Source: Camelus ferus (Eukaryota). Taken from it: 64,000 bases of DNA. The notes under the pieces are model-generated. The model did no database searches. It was not told where the DNA came from and saw only the letters and a list, made by a program, of their open reading frames with translations. The position numbers and the translations under genes are program-made. Below, one piece after another: positions 27,006 to 40,124 of this stretch. Where the stretch lies: assembly GCF_009834535.1 (NCBI RefSeq), contig NC_045697.1, forward strand, positions 69,628,001 to 69,692,000, written 5' to 3'. Each line of letters starts with the position of its first letter. Positions within the stretch are counted from its first letter, which is position 1.

Positions 27006-27600
27006 CTTTTTTTTTAACATTTTTTATTGATTTATAATCATTTTACAATGTCATGTCAAATTCCAGTGTTCAGCACAATTTTTCAGTCATTCATGGACAT
27101 ATACACACTCATTGTCACATTTTTTCTCTGTGAGTTATCATAACATTTTGTGTATATTTCCCTGTGATATACAGTGTAATCTTGTTTATCTATTCTACAA
27201 TTTTGAAATCCCAGTCTATCCCTTCCCACCCTCCACCCCCCTGGCAACCACAAGTCTGTATTCTCTGTCTATGAGTCTATTTCTGTCCTGTATTTACGCT
27301 TTGTTTTTGTTTGTTTGTTGTTTGTTTTTGTTTTTGTTTCTTAGATTCCACATATGAGCGATCTCATATGGTATTTTTCTTTCTCTTTCTGGCTTACTTC
27401 ACTTAGAATGACATTCTCCAGGAGCATCCATGTTGCTGCAAATGGCACCCTTATGTTGTCGGTTTTTATGGCTGAGTAGTGTTCCATTGTATAAATATAC
27501 CACATCTTCTTTATCCAGTCACCTGTTGATGGACATTTAGGCTGTTTCCATGTTTTGGCTATTGTAAATAGTGCTGCTATGAACATTGGGGTGCAGGTGT
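27006..27600 (-). mobile_element. Young L1 3' end nested in an L1MB-type 3' end (~26890-27690)
   Basis: MFIAALFTIAKTWKQPKCPSTGDWIKKMWYIYTMEHYSAIK translation (ORF2 C-terminus); TSD-like CAGA(A/G)CTTTTT. Confidence 0.92.
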
Positions 27601-28874
27601 CAGAGCTTTTTTTAATCTTGCAAAACTGAAACTACCCATTAAACAACTCTCCTTTGCTCCCTCCTTGCCCTGAAAACCACCATTCTGCTTAATTTGAGGT
27701 GGAGAACAGCTTGAGTATTTTTAAAGAGATGCTTTCCAGGTGATTCTAGTATGTATTCAGTACTGAGAACCACGCTACCCCATGTCAGCCCTTAAAACTG
27801 ATAAGATATCTGTTGGTGCTAAAGAAAAAAGTATGTTCTCCTGGGGTGAAAACTCAGGCTTTACCTACTAGTTGTGGGTGGTAATCAATAGACAGTGCTT
27901 TGGCACTTAAGTAGGTGAAGAGCAGGGCAGTGAGACAGAGTGCTCTCAAAGGAGTATCAGTGAGTACATGTGCCCCATTAGGCGTGGGGTGGGGTGTGGG
28001 GTGGACACTGTGGAGAAGATAGCATTTGTCATAGACCTGACGACACAGAGGGAAAGGTGAGTGTCAGGAGCAGCTACACCAGGTCATGCAAGGGAAAGGA
28101 GAGTGTCGTGTTCTCTGGGGGACTCTCAGTCTAGTCAGGTTGTTGGTACATTTTTCAGAGATAAGGAGGGAAAGATTGCCCAGGTCAGAGTCAGGGGTTG
28201 ATTCTTCAGTGTGTGGAGAATAAGAAGTCACTCAGGGTTTTGAGTAGTCCTAGTCGGGAAATGAATGGGAGAAGAAAAAGAAAGAGATTGTGGTCCAGGG
28301 AAGGAACACCATTCAGATGGATATACAAGAATGTTCCTGATGCCATCAGTGATTTTTGAAGACTTGCTTCATGGCCTCAGCAAGTAAGAGGTAGGTAGGT
28401 GTCTTTCTGTAGGTGAGAGGTGTTTATTATGAGTATTTTGGTTCCTTGATTTACTCGAATTTCCAGATATTTTAAAATACAATCCTTTGGCTAAGTAAGC
28501 TGTTTCATGAAACAGTTCCTCACTTTATTTAATGAGTATAATCCTGTTAGTCCTCTTACTAAAAAGCTGGGATTTGATGTAAGTTTCATGAACCGAGTAT
28601 AATGCAGTCTGAAATCCTGTGAGGAAAATACAAGGCAGTTTATTTATTTGAACAGCTACTTTTCAGGGACTGTGATGAATTTCAGAATGCTGATGATGGC
28701 TACATTGAATATGGTTGGGAGAAGAATTGATGTGGTATAGAGTCAATCTGTGTACTGTAAGCTTCTTGAGAATACCAAATAGTCTGAAAAATGTAAAGCA
28801 TGTTCTGCTTTTCTAGGGGGACATTCATAATCTTGTTGAAAGTGTTTTTTGCTGAAGTAGAATCAAAAGGGATT

Positions 28875-29010
28875 ATAATTTATTTATTTATTTTTTTATT
28901 GAAGTATAGTCAGTTTAAAATGTGTCAATTTTTCATGTACAGCATAATAGTTCAGTCATATATATACATACGTATATTTGTTTTCATATTCTTTTGCATT
29001 ATAGGTTTAC
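28875..29010 (-). mobile_element. Very short L1 3' tip
   Basis: tttattgaagtatagtcagtt...tcatattcttttgcattataggtttac. Confidence 0.85.
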
Positions 29011-29749
29011 TTTAAGGGGGGGTTATTTTTAAATCTTGGTAACTGCTCCATAGTGTGTGACTTTTCAGAATAGGTATAAATAGAAAACAATTTTCCATGA
29101 ATACTTAAGGTATGTACCTTAACTTAAGGTGTGTACCAATACTTAGATGTTGGCCTTTACACGTTATCTTAGGCCTCGTACTCTTTCTACCATGAAGTGA
29201 CAAAGGAGAAGGCTTTTAAAATATGGTTCCTTTAAAAAAAATTTATATTGCTTTTAGTTTGTTCAGAATTTACCAGAAAATTGAATCAATAGGAGAGATC
29301 ACAATGAAATAGATAAAGTGAATAGTAGAGGCAGTAATTGCTAGAAGGTTTATTAGAACAAGTGTCATTTCCCACTGTGGAACAGGAATAGTTTTACAAA
29401 GAAGGTAGTATTTAAAATTCGTTATTGTCATCTTCTAAACTCTTGAAAGAAGGTAAGGTTTGACTGGAGGAGAGGAGAGCATCTGATTATTTAAGCTTAA
29501 TTGCTTTGAAAGGTAAGATATGTATAGAATTGGTCACAGGAATTGGTCCCTGCTCCTGTCTGAGTCAGAGCAGCCCTTTTTTCTGTTTTAAGTACAGAAG
29601 ATTGCTCTAGATTTCTTTTTACAAGAGTACTGTGGTCAGTAGGAGTAAAAGGAAAAACTTTTCGAACCTACTAAGATACACTCCAGATGGCAAGCATTTG
29701 CAGTTAGAATCGAAAAGTTTTTGTTTATTTAAAATTCAGGAAGATTTGA

Positions 29750-29885
29750 GGGGAGGGTGTAGGTCAGTGGTAGAATGCATGCCTAGCTAGCATGCTCGAG
29801 GTCCTGGGTTCAATCCCAGGTACCTCCATCAAAAAGATAAATAAGTAAGTAAACCTAATCCCCCTCTACCCCTGCAAAAGAAAAA
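29750..29885 (+). mobile_element. tRNA-Ala-derived SINE (Vic-1-like)
   Basis: Perfect 19-bp TSD AAAATTCAGGAAGATTTGA at 29731-29749 and 29886-29904; A/B boxes; A tail. Confidence 0.95.
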
Positions 29886-30524
29886 AAAATTCAGGAAGAT
29901 TTGATGTTTGGGTTTCTGGATGTTGCCATATTGTAAATAACATTACCTTCTGAGTGGAAAAACTAGGAGCAATCAACAGGTAATGGTGAATGTGTAGACT
30001 TACTCACAGTAAGAGGTGGTCACTGACGACAACATTAGGAACGGTATGAGTTTGATGTGGAAAAAAAAATGATCATTTTTCTTGATGCCACTCTGTCCAC
30101 CATAAGGTGATGTCCCCCATGGAAGAGACTGAAAGAGGTGGGATGTGTGTTTTGGCCACTGTGGGGGCTACTTAGTTGTGGGGCGAAGAGTAACTTGTCC
30201 ATTCGCACTGTGCGCAGCAAAGTATAAATACATTGCCTTAATGTTGTATTAATTGGTATAATCTCCTCTTCAAGTGACAAGGTGCCTTAACTCAGAATGA
30301 GAAAATTTGTCTTTTGGGTGGAGTCTTCATGCAGCTGGAAAATAGTGTTCAACTTAAAATACTGGCTGTGGAAAAGGAACCTTAATATATATACACAGTA
30401 CATTTTAGAGATTATACTAATTATTATTTTTAAAATATGGCTTGGATTCTTTAAAAGAAATGCACATGGCTTAGAGTCAAAATATTCTATAATCCTTACA
30501 CCCTATACTAGGTATTTCTTTCAA

Positions 30525-30800
30525 CATTTTCCCCCAGTTTTATTGAGAAATAATTGACATATATATAAGTTTTATATAAGTTTAAGGAAAATGACATAAT
30601 GATTAGATACAGTATATTGTGAAATGGTCACCACAAGTTTAGTTAACATCCATCACCTCACATAGTTACAATTTTTTCCCTTTGTGGTGAGAACTTTTTA
30701 AGATTTACTCTTAAGCAACTTTCAAATAGTCAAAACAGTGTTGTTAACTATAGTCATCATGTTGTACATTATATCCACAGAAGTTATTTAATCTTTCACC
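30525..30800 (-). mobile_element. L1MA-type 3' end
   Basis: ttttattgagaaataattgacat...aagtttagttaacatccatcacctcacatagttac...gagaacttttaagatttactct. Confidence 0.8.
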
Positions 30801-30959
30801 ATTTAAAACAAATTATTTTGGTATTGAATTCTCTGTCTCTAAAGAACATGATTATATTGTTTTGAGTGTGGTTTTAGGCCTTCTCTCTGGGCTTCCTGGA
30901 ATGAAGGAGGAGGGGTTAGTTATTACACTCTCATCTGCCATATGCCTGTCTTCTGACTT

Positions 30960-31185
30960 GTAAGCAATTTTGACTGCAGAGTCTTGTAGTCTGCTTGCCA
31001 CTTAATAGCTTTGTGACCTTGGGGAAGTCATTTAACTTCTGCATGTCTCAGCTTTTTGCATCTGTAAAATGAGTACTGTGTAAGTAGTACCTTCCTCATG
31101 GGGTCGTTAGGAGTTAACATGTGTAAAGTGATTAGAATGGAGACTAGCACCCACTAGGCACTATGTTGGTGTTAGGAGTTACTAT
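30960..31185 (+). mobile_element. MIR
   Basis: gccacttaatagctttgtgaccttggggaagtcatttaac...catctgtaaaatg core. Confidence 0.8.
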
Positions 31186-32460
31186 CAATTGATTACTTTA
31201 TGGTCACTTTTCCTTTCCTGTGTGACTCCTTTACTTAGTTTTTTGTACTTTAATTACCCCAACCCTTCCTTTGATTTTTGTAAGCCTTTTCTTACTATAT
31301 TTAAACATACTTGGTGTTCTACCACTTGGTTTCATGTTCTTGAAGATTCTCTTCTACAGTCTTCTGACCTCTCCAACATGGATTAGTTGATCTCTATCTC
31401 TGTTTTTTGGGGGGGGGGCGGGGAGAATGGGGAGGGCATCATTTCACATCTTCCGGGGTTTTCCTTTATCTTCTCTGGTGTATCATCCCCTGACTGCTGC
31501 ATCTTGCTATGTATTTCATGGAAAATTTCCTTGAAAAATAACATTTAGGGAAAATATTTTCCTTTCTAGGGTTATAAAGCATTTGTTTCTAATTAAAACC
31601 ACGTATGTGTGGCAGTTTTGTATTTTATATCCCTTAGTTGTAGAAATAATTCTGGTGTTACTTTAGAGTTAGATATATATAGGTATATATATATCTCAAT
31701 AATAGTAGAAGCTATTAAATAGCAGTTTTACATGGAATACCTTAGTTTGGACCCAAAATAGGTACTTTCAAATTCAGGAATGCTTTTTGTATATTGAGTA
31801 GTCATTTAATATTAATTGATTCATTTTAGCAACTGTTAAACCTATTTATTGAAAGTTTTAAGATAAAAACAACCAGGTGTTAGAGTTGTGGAACTACAGT
31901 GTGGCAGTGTGTTTGCTAGTCTCAGTATCTTTGGAACTTACAAACTAGGCTTGTTGTATCTTCTTAAAATGACATTTTCCTGAACTTTTTAATGTCACTG
32001 TATTCCTTCCTCTACCTTATGTCTACTAGGTCTTCAGTAAGTAGGTAGTTTTTGTTTTATTTTGTTTTCTTTACTTGAAAATGAGGGAGAAAGGACTTGA
32101 CTTGCTTGTAACCCTCCAGGAGGGGTTAAAAAATCTTGCTGTATAATATGCTGGCAAGGTTTGCTTATTTTCATTATTTACAGATTGCATTTTACCAGCA
32201 TGAAGGACTAGTAACCTAGTGGAATGACTTGCTTAGCATTTGAAACTTTTCAGTAGTACAGTTTAAAGTTAATAAAATCATTCTGTTTATGTAAAGTCCT
32301 TTCTGGGAGCTGCTGATGCATCAGGATGGTTAAATTCTATTCAGCGTAGTTTTGATACTGAGTATTTTTCTGTGTACGTGTTTTATTTAATTCTAAAAAA
32401 ATCTTAGAAATTGTTTTATTATAGTAATATTATTTTTTTGTTTATTAAAAAGGATAATTT

Positions 32461-32553
32461 GGAGGGTATAGCCCAGTGGTAGAGTGCATGCTTAGCGTGC
32501 ACGAGGTCCTGGGTTCGATCCCCAGAACCTCCATTAACAACAACAACAACAAA
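32461..32553 (+). mobile_element. Short tRNA-Ala(AGC)-derived SINE / retro-pseudogene with a (CAA)n tail
   Basis: GGAGGGTATAGCCCAGTGGTAGAGTGCATGCTTAGCGTGCACGAGGTCCTGGGTTCGATCCCCAGAACCTCCA; mispaired acceptor stem; no oligo-T terminator. Confidence 0.9.
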
Positions 32554-32904
32554 GATAGTTCATGTTAGTTGTAGAATTTAAAGTTATGGATACCTTCTCC
32601 CCAAATTTATCTCTAGTTCTCTATGATTGCTTTTAACAGTTTGCTGTGTATCCTAGGGAGTTTTCAAGGTACATGGTACATCTCTTAATCAGTGTATTAT
32701 TCAACAGAATTCAATAAGAAATATTCTTGATAACATGGTTTATTATAGTGTCTAATAAAGAAAAAATTATTACTGGTAAGAGAATTAACATACTTACAGT
32801 GATTTATATCTCTACAAAAAATTGCTTCTATAGATGCTTAAAATGTATTTGATAAGATTCAACACCAGTTCATAATATTATTTTAAGAATAGAAATAGAA
32901 ACAG

Positions 32905-35280
32905 TGTAAGATTCCTTCAAGTTTATTCTTTTTCAAAATTGTTTTAGCTAGTTTGTTTGCCTTTTCATATAAATTTTGGAATCATCCTTTTCTATGTTAA
33001 AAAAGAAGTCCTTTTCGGATTTTGACTGGAATTTCTTGAAGCTTATAAATGGATTTGGGAAGAATTGACATCTTTCCTATATTTAGTCTTCTAATCCCTG
33101 AGCACAGGATCTCTCTCTATTTTGATTTTACTTGATTTCTTTTATCATGGTTTCTTTGTTTTCAGCATCCAGCTCTTGTATGTGTTTTGTTAAACTTGAA
33201 CTATTTTTTTAAACTGGGTCACAATTTAGTAATTGTAAATGGTATTAGTTTGTGTAATTTTCCAATTAGCACGTGGCTAGTATGTAGAAATATGGTGGGT
33301 TTTTGTGTTGACCTTGTGTTTGTGACCTTGCTAAACTGATATTTTAGTCTGGAAGTTTTTTCCCTCGGTATTTTAATATAGATAATTATGTCAGCTTTGA
33401 ATGGGGACAGTTTTATTTCTTCTTTTCTGGTCTGTACGCATCTTATGTTTTTCTTGCCTTATTGCATTGTAAGACTTCTAGTGTGATGTTGAAATATGAC
33501 ATCCTTGTCTGGTTCTTGATCTTAGGGAAAATCATTGTGTCTTTCACATTAAATATGATATAAAATGTAGACTTTTTGTAGATGATCTTTATCAAGTTGA
33601 GGAAATTCTCCTTGTTTAATGAGAGTTTTTTTAAATCATGAGTGGATGTTGATTTTTCTTTCCAACTGTATTGTGGATTTTTCTCTTTCTCCTTGCACTT
33701 CTGTTTTCTGTTTCATGTATTTTGAAGCTCTGTTGTTAGATATATACAGTTTAGACTGTTATATCATCTTAGTTAATTGACCTTTTAAAAAATTCATTAT
33801 GTGATTTTCCTCATTACCCTTAGTAATTAATTTTCTTTGTTGTTGTCGTATAGGTCCTGAGGCTCTGTTCACTTTTTTAAAAAATCTTTTCTGTGTTCTA
33901 GTGGGTTAATTTCTTTTGGTCTTTTACGTCACTGAATCTTTCCTTTGTCATCTCCATTATACTATTGAGTACGTCCAATTAGTTTTTTATTTTGACTTAC
34001 GTATTTTTCAGTTTTAAAATTTTTATTTGGTTTCTCTGTATATATTCTTTCCTTTTTGAAGATTTTCTTTTTTTTCCTTTGGTTTAAGAGTGTTCTTGGT
34101 TGCTTGTTGGAGCATTTTAATAATAGCTGGTTTAAAGTCTGTGTCAGTTATGCCAAGTTTGGTGTCATCTTAGCATTGGAGTCTGTTGATTCACTTCCCT
34201 TGTGAGTTGAAGTTGTCTTGGTTCTTTATATGCTGAAAAATTTTAGATTGTATCCTGGAGATTTTGAATATTACATTATGAGATCTTGAGTGTTGTTTAA
34301 ATATTATGGAAACTATTGATATTTTTGTTTTAACAGGCAGTTAATCTGGTTAGATTCAACCTGTAAATTCTACCCTGCCTTCTTTGTCAGCGTCAGTTCA
34401 GTTTTCAAAACCTTCTCAGTGCTATTCAGATCTGTTCCTGAGACCTGGACGGTGTTCTGTTCTCACAAGTTCTGTTCTCACAAGCATCAGTCATTTGTGT
34501 CATGAACAGCTTGACAGGGTCACTTTCTGGAGCTCCTTCCTGGTACTTTTGGTCCTCTGGCCAGAAAGCTGTGGTCTTAGTTACCTGCTTTGCTGCACAC
34601 TTTATGACTATGCCTGTGTCTGAGCCAGATGACAGGAGGACAGAAGAGAAAATAATGGGCTTTGGCCCCATCATCTCCAGACCACAGCTTTACTGATCAG
34701 AGAGGAGATGCCTCTTCCTTACAGCTTTGGCTTCTACAAGCTCATGTTGTGGGTTGGCATCTCAGGTTCACTTGGAGTCTGGGGTTGGGACAGGACAGAA
34801 AAGAAAAAAGAAGGTGAATGTTGTGCTCTGAGCACTAGGAGTTCCTTTTCCTGTTCCTTAAGACAGAATTAGAGGACTTGGGGACTGCTCTATGTTTGTG
34901 CCCTGGTGGTCGCTTCCATGTTGCTCCTGGTGATTTGGGGTTGGGAGATGGTAAACTCATCACCAGTTCAGTGATGTGTCACTTTTTGGCCTTCCCCAGT
35001 CTGCCTGCTACTTTTACTTTTCAGAGTCCTCAAATGGCTGCTTCATACATTCTGTTCAGATTTTATAGTTGGACTAGATGTGTGAATCTGTGACTTTTGT
35101 CCCCGTAGCAGTCTGACTACTGATGTCTCTGCTCAATTTTTTTTAGTTAATTTTTTTTTTTTTTTTAAAGCCTGGCTTCCTAAGGTTTGCCTTTGTGTCT
35201 TCATAGCTTAGAATTTGGCCAAGCATTGGTCACAGATTGTGCTCACCGTGAGCCAGTGGCCTGTGATAGTCTGTTTTGGC
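32905..35280 (-). mobile_element. Old L1 ORF2/ORF1/5' fragments
   Basis: T-rich antisense L1 motifs (agaattgacatctt, catccttgtctggttcttgatcttaggg, tattttgaagctctgttgttag). Confidence 0.7.
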
Positions 35281-36108
35281 TGGAGGGTGTGTTTAAACTT
35301 TAGGTTCTTCCCAATTCTTGCACCCTCTCCCACAATGTGTGGATTCTGGGGCAGTGATGCTAGTAAGCTACAAAGCCCACAGTAATCCCTAGCTGCATAG
35401 TAGCCATTAAGTTTTCATAAGCTAATAATTCAGGACAGGTTTGACACACATGTTAATGATATTTGAGTGCATTGTCTTTTAAAATTTAAAATGTAAATTT
35501 CTTTCAAAAATAATAAAATTGTTAATAATTAGATTTGAGTACTTATTATTGACCATACATTTTACATGGTTGTTTTCCCTACGCTACAGTTGAGGAAACT
35601 GGTACTTAGAGATACTAAGATTTTTTTCCTGTGTCTTACTGCTAGGAAGTGACCAAGCTGGGATGCAGGTCTGACTTCAAAGTCCATGATTTTGCTATTG
35701 CCCTTAATTTAATTTTGAGTTTGAATGTTTTAGAAAGCCATGGGAGTTTTGAGTTGTCCCTACGTAGAAACCCTTTATAAATTATGAATTATCCTTAGTA
35801 GCAAATAAGCAGTGATTTTTTTTTGGTATTAAAAATTAGGTGAAAATACTAATTTTTTGTCACATTTTAAATGCTTTTACCTCTCTTCTCTGATGGTTCA
35901 TTCCCCCTCCCTTTCTTGATTTAAACTGGTATGTAAACTTCTGTGTTCTCTAAATGAATCAGTTGGGATAGAGATATTTTATTTAAGGAAATATGCGTCA
36001 GCTTCTGTGAGGGTAAAAAAAGATGCTGGGTTATGCAGAAGTATTTTGTTCACATAACCTATTTAGAAAAGTTTTATAAATAGGTTGTATCAGGTTGCCA
36101 ACTATATA

Positions 36109-37098
36109 AAGGCAGATCTTATTTTGCAGTTTTGATATGCATGCATTTAGTTACTGCAAATCAGTGAAAACCAGTCTCCCAACAACACAAATGACATGAA
36201 GTACAGACTTTACTGCTAGCTCTTCAGCCCTATATAAATCACAGGTGTGCATCCTGATCATAACCAATCCCTCCACTTCTTTCAAAGCCTGTCAGCAATT
36301 GGTCACTGTGCAACTGCCCCTCAGGTCTCTTGCAGACAGCAGAGCCTAATGGCATTGCTTTCTTGTTTCCCAGTGATAAATTTAGGTGACATTTTACAAA
36401 AGTGGGTAATTGAATAACAAAGATGAAAGTGCAGGAAAGAAATGCTAGATAATGCTGGAAGTGCAATCTAAATAGAGCATAAATGGAGTTGTAGGAGAAA
36501 TAGCTGACAATGGGAATGCTGTTGACATTGCCCACCATTCTGGAAACTCTAGGCATGCAACCAGAGGAACTCAGAGACAGACCTGTTGACATAAAAGAGG
36601 AAGATGGCTTTGATGGAAAGAATGATGGTGTCGCAGGGGAAGTGACACCAACAAAAAACTTTACATTGAAAGAATTCCCAGAGATATTAAAAGTTCAAAG
36701 GATAAAATTTGGAAGCTGTTCCAGACCGAGGAAGGAGTAATGACAATTTGCCGAGCCTAAAAAAAGATGCTCACTCTGTTTTCTAAGCTATCCAGTGAGA
36801 AGCGGCACACGTGTTCAAAGTAGTCTTGGTATTTTTAAACAAAGAAATAAAATACCTTAATTTTCAATATTTCTAATGTTTTAAATTACAGTATACTAAA
36901 CAAATACTAGTTTTTACCCCCCCCCAATTTTCTGTATAACCTAAGAGTAAGAGAGTTTTTAATGTTTTGACAAAAAGTTTTAAAGGTCATGAAACAATTG
37001 TAATTTTCCTTGTTGATTATGAAGACTGCTTTTTATGGTAACAGCTTGTATGGTGGTTTTTATGGTTCCCCACTACTATGCAAAGCAAGAACTGCTTG
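36109..37098 (+). mobile_element. Tigger (TcMar) DNA transposon, internally deleted; Tigger6-like
   Basis: TIRs aaggcagatcttattttgca / tgcaaagcaagaactgcttg (15/20 complementary); TA on both sides; ORF 36510-36740 resembles the acidic Tigger transposase C-terminus. Confidence 0.8.
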
Positions 37099-37204
37099 TA
37101 TTAAAAATCAGTTTTATGCAGTTCTTCAAGACTATTCTGTGTATTAACGGAGTTTTCATTTTGGGTTTGTGGGTAGAGATCAGGGATGCCATGAACTCAA
37201 GTCT

Positions 37205-37487
37205 TTATCAAGCTGTTCCTTCATTTAAAACCCTTTAATGGCTTTCTCTTGTCATTAGACCAGAATCTTTAACATGATCTGACCCTTGCCTGTGTCTTTA
37301 CCTCTCCTCATAGCATTGTATTTATTTTTTTGCCCTTATGACTTAAACTGTGTAGTTAATTGTGTAATTAGCCGTATAATATTTGTGTGGAATGGGCTTA
37401 TATTGTTCACTGCTGAATGCCCAACATATAGCACAGTGTTGTGGTCTTAATTTGCACTCTGTATTTGTATGAATGAATGAATGAATA
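37205..37487 (+). mobile_element. L2 3' end
   Basis: tttaaaaccctttaatggctt...tattgttcactgctg...gaatgaatgaatgaat terminus. Confidence 0.75.
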
Positions 37488-38269
37488 GAATTATATGCAC
37501 ATGTTTATATGTGCATGGATATGTCCCCCCCAACCCCCCCCCCCCCGTGGAGGGGAATGATTACATTCCCAAGATTCTCAAAGGATTCAGAGATCTAAAA
37601 AAGTTAAGTATCATACTACAGGAATTGATACAGTGAAATGAATACTCAACCTAGATGGTATCATTAAACATTAAAGATGTTCACTTTCCAGTCTCAAATT
37701 GCATTTGAATATCTGGACATACAAGATATATATGTTCCTGAGCAAGCATTTTAGATTATTACATTGTCTGTAGAATGTAAAATTCATTTTAAAAACTGCT
37801 ATCTGTGTTGGGTTACATTAATATAGTAGCGTTAAAAAAATTATCAATTACATAAGATATATGACAGTCGAGTTGCTATTGAGTGGGAGACTGGCTGCTT
37901 GGCAAATTTCATCTTCTAGAAAATTGTCAATTTCTCCTAGTTTTAAAATTCTGTGTTTTTCTTTTAACATTAACTTGTTTTTTTGGAAGCTAATTTAATC
38001 ATATTTAAACTTCTTAAAAGGAGTTTATTTAGCAATGGGTATATATGTTTTAAAAAAATTTTGTCGTATGGAATCTTAACTCACAATTATGTTTCTTGAT
38101 TGAGTTTATGTTTATTGTCTCAAAGTCACAAAGGTAAAATGTCTATAATTGAGATAATTTTTGGTTATTTAAATTATTTCGCATACCTAGTCCAGTGCTT
38201 TTAACTTTTAACTCTCCTTCCCTCTTTTCTATTTCCTGTTCTCATCACAGTTTCCTTACGTCATTTACT

Positions 38270-39100
38270 GATTGATTCCCAAACTCTTCCATAATTGTAT
38301 AGAACTCTCAATACTTTTAAAGACATGTGGCATTTAATGAGTTTTATCTTGGAAATGTGTCTTTTGGAATTCTCCAGCCAAAACTTGCCCCCTTGGCTTG
38401 CTTCATAGCACCCACCCTTACATCGCTCTTCAGGCGTCTCTTTACGTCTCTGTCTCGTCTGTATCACACCTTTCTCTTCCTTGGTTTATTCTCACGTCTT
38501 ACGTAATATCTCCTCCAGTAGCTTCTTGAGAAAGATTGTATGAGAGAGAGATTTTTAAGATTCTGCATATCTGAAAATGTCTTTATATGTACTGATACTT
38601 CATTTCCAGTTTGGCAGGTATAGAATTCTAGTTCAGAAATTGTTTTCTCAGAGTTTTTATGTTACTGCTCCATTTTCTTTTAGCTCTCAGTGTTGTTGAA
38701 AAGTCTGATACCTTTGGGATTCATAATCCTTTGCATACTGTCTCCCTCCCATTTCTCTGGAAGCTTATTGGATTTCTCTTTTGTTCCCAGTATTATGAAC
38801 TTTCGTATTGTATGCCTTGGGCAAGTTGATTTTTGTCCTTTGGGGACTCTTTTCAGTCTGGCAACTACTGTTTTTCAGTTATGGAAAACTTTAAGTTACT
38901 TCTTTGATCTGTCCTCTCTATTTGCTTTCTGAAACTTTATGATTCAGCTTTTAGACTTGGTTTAATCCATTGTTTCAAAATACCATCTCTTTATTTTAAA
39001 ATTTTTTGTCACTTTGCTCTACTTTTGGGGGAGATTTTCCTAACTTTATATTGAAATATTCATTTCTACTGTCATTTAGAAAATTTTATAAGAACTTATA
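38270..39100 (-). mobile_element. Old L1ME/HAL1 ORF1 region
   Basis: ctgcatatctgaaaatgtcttta...tttggcaggtatagaattctag...gttgttgaaaagtctgat. Confidence 0.6.
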
Positions 39101-40124
39101 ATCTCTTCCATAATTACTTATAAAATAGAATCATAGCCTTGTAAAGTCAAGGAGTATCTAAAAGTTCATCTGTGTTAACCCCGTTCTGTCCAGAAGTCTC
39201 TGTATTGTTGCTGATATATATATATATATTTTTACTTTTTTGTATATATATATTTACTTTTTTCTTAGTCTTCTGCTTCTTTATGTCCTGATTTCAGTGA
39301 TGGCAGGAAAAGGGATAGCTAGGCTGAGGGTGTGGACTATGCTGGTGCTTGGAGCAGTTTAGGATTTTGGATGGGGCTGTGGGGGGATGTTGCGTGCAGG
39401 GCCCGGATCTGCCTTCAGTGTTTTCAGGGAAGACTGTTCACAGCGGTGCTGGGGTACTGACTCTGTCAGTACCTAGGAGTCGTGTAAGCCACTTGAGCCA
39501 TACTCAGCTCTCGTTAGCAGGCGTTCAGTTGATTTATTCTAAACTGGCATAATAAAAATGAATTGAAAGTTGTACCAAGCATAACTGGAATGACGATAGT
39601 GTGCCTGGGGTTAAGGAAACACTGCAGTTAAGGCCTGGCAGTGATGAAGAGCTGCGCGCGCCTCACATGTCCCATGCTGGGGTTCTGCCTCTGGGCCTGG
39701 CTGGCTCAAATTGGGGTTCTCCGACCTGCTCTTCACTCTCTTCCTTCCATCCATGCCCTTTTCCTTGCTGACAGTCTTCCTGCATGGACATCTCTGCTGT
39801 AGGCTGGACTGGAAGGAGGAAAATGAGTAAGCTCCAGTCTGTCTCGCCACTTTTGCCAATCATACCCATAAGGAAGAATAGTTTGGAGAGGGGAGGAAGA
39901 GAAGAGGTTGAAATTGCTGACGGAGGTTAGGTTTCTTAAAGTAAGTCGTGTGCCTTTGGTTACCCCATTTAAAAATTACAGTGAATAATTTCAGAGTTGA
40001 CTCCATAAATAAGTACATGTAAGTGGATAAAGCTTTGGAAGGATTGTAATTAATCAGTCTCTCACCCTGTTTCAGTGTAGTGATTGGACTCATTTTTCTG
40101 GTGTGCCCTGATGTCTTGCCAGTT

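Noticed and set aside
32461..32533. Functional tRNA-Ala(AGC) gene
   Set aside because: Two acceptor-stem mismatches, an altered D-stem, an A-rich retroposon tail and no oligo-T terminator; same head as the SINE family.
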